This document shows positions 11,700-22,119 of a DNA stretch of 64,000 nt, piece by piece. This stretch comes from Selaginella moellendorffii (lineage: Eukaryota > Plantae > Lycopodiophyta). How positions within the stretch are numbered: position 1 is the stretch's first letter; the number at the start of each line of letters is the position of its first letter. The position numbers were made by a program, and so were the translations under genes. A model generated the notes under the pieces. The model was not told the origin of the DNA. It searched no databases and was given only the letters and a program-made list of their open reading frames with translations. The stretch covers positions 1,440,851 through 1,504,850 of the forward strand of contig NW_003314274.1 of NCBI RefSeq assembly GCF_000143415.4. Direction: 5' to 3'.

Positions 11700-14600
11700 A
11701 CTTGGTATCGGAGTTGTTCCTTAGTCCGACTTTTATTGGTGCTCAAGTATATCACCATTGATGTTGGCATCGAAAGGTCCTAGGATTGGGCCTATCTTTG
11801 AGGAGTAGCATGTCGAGAGGACATGGCTCTCCACTCAAGTTCATGCGTGAACTTGGGCATGATGTGGTGGATAGAAAAGGGCCAATAATGGAACGACTTT
11901 GGGATCTTGGGAACAGTATGTGGTTTTCCTCAGAGAGTTGAGGATGTGATCCAGATGAGCGTTTGACTTAGCAAACTGGCTAATGTAGTTGTGGTAAACA
12001 ACTATAGTTGGGATCCAAAACAATAAAGGAGTCACAAGATTATCCTCACATAGTTGAGGTTGGTGCTCATGAATGTGAGACTAGAAGTAATGACCGTGGG
12101 AGGTCAAATACAGAAGAGGACCCAAGTCCTTGAAATGGTAGCCGGGGCTACCTTTAATAAATGCTGGAACAACCCAAGGAATTGGGGGATGTACTTAGAG
12201 ATGAGTTGGTATTCTCGTCACATGGACATGTAGTCCTAAGGGGCAAAGGTTGCCCCAAAGAACAAAATCAAGTGTCAGAGTAACACTTGTGAAAATAGTC
12301 CTTGTGAGTGAGGACATGAATGCAAGAAGTGTATTCCAGCGAGCTAGCACCTCAAAGGTAGGACCTCATGGGTCGTCGGATGACAAAGTCCAAAAAGCTG
12401 GATGACTCCAATAGAGTCAAGGAATAATCCTAAAGGATTGATGGAAGCATTTGGACTGAGGTGTGTGGTACCCCACGAAGGATGGGGGGGATCATAGGAT
12501 CCAAGGATGAGAACAGAGGGTATCTTATCGATGGCAAAACGTGCCATGCTAAAGTCGTGGGAAGGGTGTTCCCAAAAGAAAACAACTTTGAAACAAAGAA
12601 GAAGTGTCATAGAGGTAGGCTCGTGGAGCCAATGGTGTGGAGACACCAAATGTGCCAAGGTGTGATACCTTGAGGCTATGTTAGTGGGTTCATGAGAACC
12701 CCTTACCAAAGGAATCCCAATGGAAATGAGAATGGCATAGCTTAAGTTGCAGAGCATGCAGTTGGAGTGTGGTGACCCAGATAATGATGGAGGTGTGGAA
12801 GCACCAGCAATGAGTTGTAGGACTTGACAACTATGAGGCAACTAAGCGAGAGGTGCAAAATAATTGGTTAAACGGGTAGAAAGTAGCTACCCAAGCCTTC
12901 TTAATGGCATAAGGAAGTTGGATATACCCTTACGGGGGATAAGTTGCTTATGTTGCGATATAGTAAGTCAATGTCATGAAAGGAAATACTCATTGTCAAG
13001 GAAGCCGTCATTGGGACACCCGAACACTCTAGAACACCAGGAGGTGGTGTTTGATGTCGCGAGGGCAATAGATAAGGCCCAAGGGACTAAGTCCCTAGCG
13101 AATGATGGATAGAAGGTGCTATCCAAATGTCCAAGGTGGCGGAGACAAGAGAAGACTGTCTACTCGAATTGGATAAAGCCAAAAATGAAATTTTGGCAAG
13201 GCTAGCGATGGGCATGTAAAGGCCCATAAGCAACAATGTAATCTCGGTGTGTGGGATTATAGGGTGAGCATACCTGGATTGAGGAACCACTCCCTAGGCT
13301 ATCGAGTAGGTTCATCCCTAAGAATACTTGCTAAGGCATGATAGAAAGTGCAAAGCTATCCTCCTGGTCTGGAGGAGAATGACCAAAGGAAAGGTGTGAA
13401 GCCAAAAGCAAGAAGTAAGGGGGTAGAACCGAACCATAGGAATCGAAGGGCATAACCAAGGTTGATTATGCTAGTTGGGAGTGGAGAATCAAGTGAGGGC
13501 TCGAGGGTGTTGCCGCTAGCAACCGTGATGCCATGGAGAGTCTAAAATATGGAATTGTCCATGTTAGACTATATGGTAATTGGAAAGCTTGCAAAAAGGG
13601 AAGCCTTAGCAAGCTAAAGGACAGAGTTCCTTCAAGGTTCCTAAAGATGATTCTAGGTAGCTTAGTACCTAGAAAGGCCAAGTGTAAATGGTTCAAGGAA
13701 CGCGTGAAATCAGAGTGGCGCAGCAGAAGTGTGGTCTTGAAGCTTGCCATGAGGCAAGGCTATCAAGGTTAGGGAAGTAATTCCCGAGTGTTCAAAGAGA
13801 GGGCTTTCACGCTTGTGCAGGAGCATGTTACAGTGGTCGAAGGGCTTGCCAAAGCGAGATTGGCAAGTCAGGGGAACAAATACCCTAGTTGAAGGTGATT
13901 ACTTCAAAAAGGGTGGGCTGGAGGAGTCCATGCATGATCACAGACTTGTCAAGTGAGAGGACTTGGCAGTGTGGAGGAACTAGGTTCCTAAGCTGTGATC
14001 TGTAGCGCGCTTTAAGTATAAGTTGGTGCACCGGCGTGGGGAGTCACGCCAGGCATCCTGGGTGATGCCGTCCGTAGATGCATATACGGAGGTTGGGTTC
14101 GAGTCCCGACCCTCTAGTGCTTGGGTTCGAGTCCCAACTCACTAGGGCGTGGTGATGGTTTGGAATATGAGGACATTCATTTTTCGGTGGTCATGGACTC
14201 TTAGTGTGGAGACTGGTTTGGGCACACCGCCAAGCGAGGGATGCCTCAGAGTCGTGATGCACGGTTAGATTGCTTAGAGTGAAAGCTCAGCATATCTAAC
14301 TTGAACACTTTGGCGCGAAAGGCACCAAGGACGTGGTGAATGAGATGGGGACACCCAGTCTCAGTTGCTATGGATCCTTGGCCGGAAGGGCTAGCTTGGG
14401 CGCACCGCCAAGTGTGGGGGATGCCCCTGGGGTCATAGTCAACAACTTAGTAAGGTCTGGAAGACCTAATTCCTATTAGTAGACTTATTAAGGGGTCAAG
14501 ATGAGATCACTAGATGACCTTATGGCTAAACAAGGACAAGGCCTTTGTTTGGATTAAGGAATGTGATTCCTAGTTCAAAGTGTTGATTTGAACTATTGAT

Positions 14601-15675
14601 AAAGGTGTGGCTTGGTCAAGGTGACTAAGTGGGAAGGACACCTAAGGGAAATGAACTACTACAATACAATGGTATTATGAGTTCAAAAAAATAGTCTCCA
14701 GAGACAGGCCCATGGGTGAGTCACAAGGTTGGGCTATGAAGAGAGCCTAGAACAGTGGGGAGACTTACTAGGGGTGAACACCCTAGTCTGGGCAAAGTAG
14801 ATCCTATCCTAAGGAACCAAAAGAATACCTCAAGGAGGGAGGTAATGATCATATGTTGCATGGTGCAACAATCCAAGGATAGGAGCAAAAGACGAGTGCC
14901 CAAGATAGGGCCGTGGAATCCATTGGAAAGAATCCAAGTGGCAAAATTAGCCAAGGAACACTAATGTGTTTGATGCTAATGGATTGTGAAAAAAGAAGTG
15001 GACTTCCAAGGATGAATTCCCAAGTGCTCCAATTTGGCAAAAGAAAGGCTCCAAGTGAGGGAGCAACTAAGTAGCCAAAAGATAGGGCCATGGACAGCCC
15101 TAGCACAAATAATGATAAATGGAACGTAATGCCAATGGTGGCACAAAAATAGAAAAGAGGATGAGGGTGCCCTCGAGTAGAGAACTTCCTAGGAGGGGAA
15201 GTGGAGTTAACTTCTTAGGAGGGGAAGTGGAGTTGCACAAAATGTGCAAGGCAAGGTGTCGGAGACACCTAGGAAATTGACTCCAAAAAGTCAAGAGTAA
15301 ATGTTCCAAAGTGCAAAGGTAGATCAATGGAATCTGTGACTACTCAAGAATGAGTAGTGGAATTGAGTTAGAGAGGGTGTCTCTAACGGGTTTAGCGAGA
15401 ACTGAACCAAGAAAAAGGAGCAAACCACCCTAGGTGGTCAAGTGAGTCTCTAAGTTGGAAAGACTATCCTCCTTAGAGGATGGGCAAGGCATGGTGAGCC
15501 TTTGGTGTCAAACCATTGACGAATATGGAGAAGGCATGGTGAGCCTTCAATGTCAAACCATTGACAAATATTGGCTAGGTGCCAAGGATGGAAATGGTAA
15601 CACATGCGGATGTTACTTTATAAAATGGTTTACCGTTCGATGAGGACATCGAACTTCGTCTATGGGTGGTGGAGT

Positions 15676-17479
15676 TGTGAGACACAAAATCCCTAGGCCC
15701 CAAAGTGGAGTTGGAAAAGGTGCCACATGGTAGTGGCCGAAGCGAAAGCCCAAACGAGGGTAACATGTTTGGACTAAAAGCTCCGACTTGGAAGGTCGAG
15801 AGCGGGAGTGGAACTCCCAACAAAGTGCTCGAGGAACAAGCACGAAGCGAGCAATAAGCGAGGCTCCAAAAAGGGACCCAAAAAGGACCAACACATGACA
15901 CGTGGAAGTGTCTGAGATGGAGTCCGAGACGGACCCTAGTTGGAGTCTGAGATGGACCCGAAGTGGAGTCCGATATGGAGTTCGAAGTGGAGTCCGAGAC
16001 GGACCCTAGTTGGAGTCCGAGATGGACCCGAAGTGGAGTCCGATATGGAGTCCGAGATGGAGTCCGAGGTGGACCGAGATGGAGTCCGAGATGGACCCGA
16101 GATGGAGTCCGAGATGGAGTCCGAGATGGACCCGAGATGGAGTCCGAGGTGGACCGAGACGGAGTCCGAGATGGACCCGACATGGAGTCCAAGATGGACC
16201 GAGACGGAGTCCGAGATGGAGTCCGAGATGGACCGAGACGGAGCCCGAGATGGAGTCCGAGGTCGAGACCGAGACCGGGACCGAGACCGGGACCGAGACC
16301 GAGACCGAGACCGGGACCGAGACTGGGACCGAGACCGAGACCGAGACCGGGACCGAGACTGGGACCGAGACCGAGACCGAGGCCAAGGCTGAGACCGAGC
16401 CCGAGCCTGAGTCCGAGTCCGAGTCTGAGTCCAAGTCCGAGTCCGAGTCCGAGTCCGAGTCTGAGTCCGAGTTCAAGTCTGAGAGGGTGAAAGCCCAAAG
16501 CGTTCATCTCCCAGACCCTGGGGGGTTTGGTGAGCTCCAAAAGTATAGTAAGGGGGAGGACTGTAGTGGAGCCAGTTTGGCCAGGAAAGGCCAGTTTGGC
16601 CCAGGGAGGCCAGACCCAGTGTTGGGTGATGAACTGACCACTGGGAAGTCCAAGACTAGAGTGAATACGGACCGACAAGCGGGGTAGCTTGGTGAAGTGT
16701 TCAAGAGCCGGCTCTAGTTCCCCCAGGAGATCGACTGGCCGATGCTCCCAGTCCAAGTGTGGGTGGCACTACCTACTTGGATACCAGGTGTGGCTCAACG
16801 GAACCTCGCTCTAAGCCCACAGCTAGAGCACCTAAAGGCGAAAGGCGGGGAGAGTACCCAGGTGGCTCGTGTAAGGCCACAGTGTTCCGAAATGTTGTCC
16901 CAAAGGCCTAGATTGTGGAAAGGAAGAGGAGCAGTCCTCTGGGGTAGTGACCAAGGACACAATCGTGTGGTGAGGAAGTCCCAGAGGACCATGGGACTTA
17001 GTGGTCGGGCCTGTGGGCCTCGATCTAGTGGCAGTGTTGGCAAACACGGCCAGGGGCAGAAAGGGACTTGGTAGGAACTGACAAAGGGACTTTGGGGAAA
17101 GCGATTCCCCAGGTCTGTGGGCATCCTAAGGATGCTAAGGAGTGGATCTAGGATGACCACTCATGGACAGATGGCCCAGTCTTGGAGAGACGGGATGGTG
17201 ATGCAAGTGGTATTGGACCACTAGTGCAGCAAAGGTGAATGGGCATGGCCTTAGTGTAACGGGCTGCGATGTCAGTGGTACCTTTGGGTGTCGGTCTTGG
17301 GACCGGACACGTGAAGCACTTGGACCAAGTGCAAGTGTTGAGTGGCATGGATGTCATTCTTGGGGCTAGCAAGTCCCAAGTCCTGAATTGGACTAATGAA
17401 GGTTGTGAATGAGACTCCTCCAAGTGGTCGGAGGTGTGGTTAAGTGACTAAAGTAGAATGGAAAAATTAATCGCTTACA
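15676..17479 (+). repeat. 3' LTR of LARD copy 1, containing the tandem array (~15910-16480)
   Basis: Direct repeat of 9926-11699 with different array unit counts. Confidence 0.92.
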
Positions 17480-18565
17480 GCATGGTCTTGGCCTTAGGAC
17501 GCAATTAGGTTCTGGAGATCGAAGGAATGCAACCCTACAAAATGCACTTGCACCAGCATCCCAGCTCTGGGAAAGCTCCTCCATGGTGGAACTCTCACTG
17601 GAGGAGCTCAGTTTTCTCAGCACAGTGGAACATAAAGCATAAATTCATGCACCAAAACCAGTGGTAACAGTCACTACCATTTGTTTGCTCTTAACCCTGG
17701 CTACAAAGCTCGACCTGGAGCAGGTGATTGCAACTCTCCCATGGTTGAAGTGCAGGCTCTATTCCGTCTATGATACCCCCACAATCCTTAACAAGGAGGA
17801 TGAGTTGTGTTCCCATGAATTTGTCCCAACCATCAAGCTTAGCTTTGCAGGAGGTGGGGAATGAGGTGGAGGTGGATTAGAGCCAAGCACCCCTCATTGT
17901 TGCTCTTTTCAAATATTGTTAAAATCTAGAAGAGATCTAGTAATGAGGTGGTGGTGGAGACTGGTCTTTCCTACTGGCCACATAGGGCACTCATCCCGCC
18001 ACTTGCGGATCCAGCGCTCTACTTGCAAGCTCTCCTCCTCGTCTGTCAGTGGTCTTCTGGGCTAGTTCGGATTGGCCATTGGATTGTTTTCAACCCAAGA
18101 ATTTTGCTCAGTTAACTTCATAGCGTGTCGGTTACATCGTTATATAGCTAGCTATGGATGTGGAGGATCGCTGATGTGGTGATCTGGTGTTTTCCCATAC
18201 TCCACACCAACGTTGTCCTCACCACCGCCATGATCACCACGTACGGCAAAGCTGGCGGGCTATAGCTGACGAGGCAAGCGTTCGAGAGCTCCCCAGTCGC
18301 GAGAACCGACGTTGTCTCGTGGACCACCGCCTACGCCCGGAATGGATTCCCGGCAAGAGCCACGGAGCTCCTCTGCGAAATGCTGCTCCACGGCGTCTCT
18401 CCATCTCCAGCCACTCAGGGAAGCTCGGCGATGGATAAGACGGATCTGCTGGGACGCTCGGGCCAGATCAAGGAACCCGAGGATCTCATCGCCAACATCC
18501 TGTTCAAGCCTCAGTCGGTGCTGTGGATGTCGCTCCTCAGCTTGTGTAGACTCCATAGCGGCACT

Positions 18566-20422
18566 TCACGCCGGAGGAGAACCGCTAGCGAGCTCGTGAA
18601 GCTGTCCAGTCGAGACGACGCTGCTCCATTCGCGCTGGTCAACGCTACCACCTGATGATCGAAAAAGATCTTTCGCCTGTTCGCTCCTCCAAGGATCTTG
18701 GAAGGTCACACAGGCTCCTAGCAGCGTCGCCCAGGCCAGATCGTTCGGCTCAAACGGCATGCTCGTCACCAGCTCTTGAGCCTCGAAGAGTCTTCCTCCC
18801 CGAGCTAGAACGTCGACCATGCTGGAAAAGAGTTCCACGTTTGGCTGGATGGCATAATCCTCCATCATCGACACGAAGTAGTCCCGGCCTCTACTGACGA
18901 GGCCCGAGCGGCTGCAAGCGGCGAGAAGCATGCTGAAAGTGATGTCGTTCTTTGGGATCCCTTCCACGTCCATGAGCTCCGCCACCTCGAAAGCTTCCAG
19001 ACCTCGGCCGTTTTGAGTGTAGCCGGCCACCATCGCGTTCCACGAGACTGCTGTTCGCTGCTCCATCCAGTCGAAGACTCTCCTGGCGTCGTCCATGCTG
19101 CCGCATCTCGCGTACATGGTGACGATGGCGGTCGAGACGATGACGTTGGATCGCTGCAGCTCACTCGGGATTCCCTCGTGGATGATCCTCCCGCTCGCTA
19201 TGGATGGAATCAAGGAACAGGCGTCGAGGGCGCTGACGAAAGTTATGAAGTTTGGCTGCTCGCCGTGGAGGTCCATTGCTCGGTACAAGGCCACTCCTTC
19301 CTTGCCGTGGCCGTTTTGAGCGTAGCCGGCGATCATGGCTGTCCAAGTTATGACGTTCTTCTCGGGCATCTTGTCAAAGACGAGCCTTGCTTCTCTGGGA
19401 CTCTTGCATTTTCCGTACATGTCGATGATGCAAGTTCCCAGCACCACCTCGGTCTGAGAGACGTCGTTTCTATCTTCGATGCTGCTATGGATCAATCTGC
19501 CTGTCTCGAGAGCCGCACCCGATCCACAAGCGTCGAGAGCAGCAACGAAAGTCACCTTGCCCAGCTCGACGCCTTCCAGATCCATCTTGCTGAAGAGAGT
19601 GATAGCTTGCGACCAGTGCCCGTTGCTCGAGTAAGCGGAGATCATCGCAGTCCAGGAAACTATGTTGCGCCTAGGCATTTTCCAGAAGATGAATTCCGCG
19701 GCCTTCGCTCGACCACACTTTCCATACATGTTGACAAGGGAGCTTCCCACCACTAAGCTTGAAACGTAACCAGTCTCCACAGCGCTCTCGTGGATCATTC
19801 GGCCTGTTTCCAGATCTACCAGGCTCGAGCAGGCATCCAGAACACTGATGAAAGTGAACTCGTCAGGAGCAACACCGTCCAAGTCCATCCTTCTGAACAA
19901 GCCCAAGGCCTCCTTGAAGTGACCACTTTGAGCATTGGCGGCGATTAGAGTGTTCCACGATACACGGTCCCGGGCTGGCATCTTCTCGAACAGGTAGCAA
20001 GCTTCGTCCATATACCCGGCCTGAGCATACGCTGTCACTATGGAGTTCCAGGAAACGCAGTCCCTCTCCGGCATTGTGTCAAACATCCTTCTGGCCTGGA
20101 AGAGATACCCATTCTGGGCATAAGCGTTGGTCATGATGTTCCAGGAGTAGACATTGGGGCGGTCGATGCTCTCGAACACTTTGCGTGCTTCGACTACGCT
20201 GCCACACTTCCCATACATCTCTACGAGGAGATTAAGTAGGAGCCTGTCCCTGTAGTGCTGGCTGCGAGAGATTTGATCGTGAACAACCCGGCCTTTTACT
20301 AAGTCTTTACTGTCCCTGTACGCCTTGAGAAGTCTCACGTAGTTGTGACTGTCCTCTCTTTTGGATTCATGGCGTTTGTCGAGAAGGAGCAATCCTTTTT
20401 CTTCAGACTGGCGGCAGTCCAT
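18566..20422 (-). CDS. PLS-class pentatricopeptide repeat protein with truncated E domain
   Basis: 618-aa intronless ORF with repeated MYGKCG / RxxVSWNxMIxAYAQNG motifs. The E-domain start MPFEPNDLAWATLLGAC is followed by a non-canonical tail. Confidence 0.9.
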   Translation of the reverse strand: MDCRQSEEKGLLLLDKRHESKREDSHNYVRLLKAYRDSKDLVKGRVVHDQISRSQHYRDRLLLNLLVEMYGKCGSVVEARKVFESIDRPNVYSWNIMTNAYAQNGYLFQARRMFDTMPERDCVSWNSIVTAYAQAGYMDEACYLFEKMPARDRVSWNTLIAANAQSGHFKEALGLFRRMDLDGVAPDEFTFISVLDACSSLVDLETGRMIHESAVETGYVSSLVVGSSLVNMYGKCGRAKAAEFIFWKMPRRNIVSWTAMISAYSSNGHWSQAITLFSKMDLEGVELGKVTFVAALDACGSGAALETGRLIHSSIEDRNDVSQTEVVLGTCIIDMYGKCKSPREARLVFDKMPEKNVITWTAMIAGYAQNGHGKEGVALYRAMDLHGEQPNFITFVSALDACSLIPSIASGRIIHEGIPSELQRSNVIVSTAIVTMYARCGSMDDARRVFDWMEQRTAVSWNAMVAGYTQNGRGLEAFEVAELMDVEGIPKNDITFSMLLAACSRSGLVSRGRDYFVSMMEDYAIQPNVELFSSMVDVLARGGRLFEAQELVTSMPFEPNDLAWATLLGACVTFQDPWRSEQAKDLFRSSGGSVDQREWSSVVSTGQLHELASGSPPA

Positions 20423-20449
20423 CTAACCCATTGCGAACTTGATCTCAAT

Positions 20450-22002
20450 CTAAGCTCGTCTATACTCATCACCGCAATCTCCAATGACGGCCATCAAGTC
20501 CTTTCCCCTGCTTATCACTGATCCAATTCTGTCCACGTCGTCCTCATCTAGCTTGAGTTGGAAGATGGCTTCCGAATCTTTTAGGTGCTCGGAAATGCCG
20601 AGTCGCACACCAACCATGGAGCCTGCAACGCAAGGCTAGCAGCACAAAAGTATCGTAAGAAAAAGGTACCGAACTTGCACAACCGTTACTTACTTGGTCG
20701 AGTATATAGCGCACAGCAACAGTGGAGATTGAAACTCCATGCTTCATAGCAACTTGTTGGCAAGTTTTTAAGAGTTCTTGGAACAGATCCCAGCCTCCCC
20801 AGGCATTCACCATCTAAGCATTAACGAAGTTAAGATACTCGAGAAAGTGATAAACATGTATATACCTGTTTGTACTTTTTTAGAGAAGGTGTATCGAGAG
20901 CGGGGCCTGCAAAAGGTATTGAAACGTTTGCGTCGACAAACTTTTCCGAGAGCAGCCCTCCCATGACAGTCCCGTATGTGATAAGCTTTACATCACTTTG
21001 CTCGCACACATCCTTCATGTGTTTTTGAGGTCTCATGTCCACCAGAGAATGCTGTACCTGGAAATATATTTGTTTTAGAGCATCAGCCCAAGTACCTGAG
21101 GTTGCTTACCTGATTTGAAACGATCGGGATGTCCTTGTTGACAATTATTTCCAATCGCTTCGTGTCAAAGTTCGTGAGAGCCAAAGTTTTGATCTTCCCT
21201 ACAGCGCTCTATCAATATCTTAAAAAGAGCACCTGTCACAAGAGGGTACCTTCTTCTTTGAGATCCGTCAAGTGCTTGAGCGCATCCAGATAGCCAGGAT
21301 TCGAGTATTCCCACCTAAGATACAAAACGAGAAGAATTTATAGATCGACAGAAGAGCTGACAAGGTCTACCAGAGAGAGTCTACCAATGAAACTGCAGCA
21401 TGTCGAGGCATTTGACGTCCATTCGCTTTCGTGAGCGATCGATGCTCGACTCAACAAACTGTCTGGTAATCTTCACGGGAGAAGGCACCCATTTGGTCAA
21501 GCTGCATGAAAAGGATTCGTAAGCATGCAAGAAAATAGAGAATTCTACTTCAGAAATACCCTCTAGCTTGAATCGCTGCCTCCTCGCCTCGCTCACGCCT
21601 CAATCGGTTGATGAAGACGCCATACAGTTCCTCCGCTGGTCCATCTACAGCGACAAGAAATCGATCAAACCATTAAGAAAAAGAGTAGAAATCAAACTTA
21701 CAAATATCAGCTAGATCGAAAGTGTTGAGCCCCGCGTCGAAATGTCGAAGCATGGCGTCGACAGCCGCATTGGACTCGATTCTTCCCCAGCCTCCGCTTG
21801 TCTGCCACATACCATTCACGACGCGGCAAATCTCCAGCTTGTCCCCTGCTCCACTGCTCACCACAGCTCGCCGTGGATCGGCCGCGACACTCGGCTGGGA
21901 TGAAGACGCCGCCACGGTCACACACCTGCGGCAGTGGATGCCGTGACGAATCTCGCGCATCGCTCCTCGACAGGGCGACATTGGAAGGAGCGCCATCGCC
22001 AT
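20450..22002 (-). CDS. Aldo/keto reductase family (NAD(P)-linked oxidoreductase), probably plastid-targeted, multi-exon
   Basis: Exon peptides: LEICRVVNGMWQTSGGWG...NTFDLADI, LTKWVP...LDMLQFHW, LITYGTVMGGLLSEKF, WGGWDLFQELL...VAVRYILDQ, and C-terminal GDCGDEYRRA* (stop 20450-20452). Short GT-AG introns; Ala/Ser/Arg-rich N-terminus. Confidence 0.88.
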
Positions 22003-22119
22003 GGCCGCCGCGCGGAAGAATGCCCGAGATGGGTATATCCCAATGCCCTGTTTTTAGGGCAATATAGTTTAATCTAATTAAAATTGATAAGCAATCGAAT
22101 CGAAACTCAAGATCTTCAA

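Larger units (their letters stand above)
9926..17479 (+). mobile_element. Non-autonomous LTR retrotransposon (LARD-like), copy 1
   Basis: LTRs at 9926-11699 and 15676-17479 (TGTGAG...TTACA); 5-bp TSD GCATG on both sides. PBS TGGTATCGGAG at 11703 (tRNA-iMet-like); PPT-like GGGTGGTGGAG before the 3' LTR. The ~4-kb interior has no long ORF, only a faint RT-connection relic near 14500-14590. Confidence 0.92.
8460..18655 (+). pseudogene. Fragmented PPR pseudogene, an inverted paralog of PPR 22120-23925, interrupted by three insertions
   Basis: Segments ~8460-8861, 9854-9925, ~17485-17608 and ~18200-18655 match the reverse complement of 22120-23560. Examples: gatgtggcccatcttggcct, ctggtcaccttgta..tgctccatggttgagc, ctctgggaaagctcctcca, accgctagcgagctcgtgaagctgtccagtcg. 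Many stops and deletions. Confidence 0.8.

Noticed and set aside
14000-14150. Bona fide tRNA gene
   Set aside because: T-arm motifs are present, but no acceptor stem, D-arm or 7-nt anticodon loop in canonical spacing; kept only as a structured-RNA finding.
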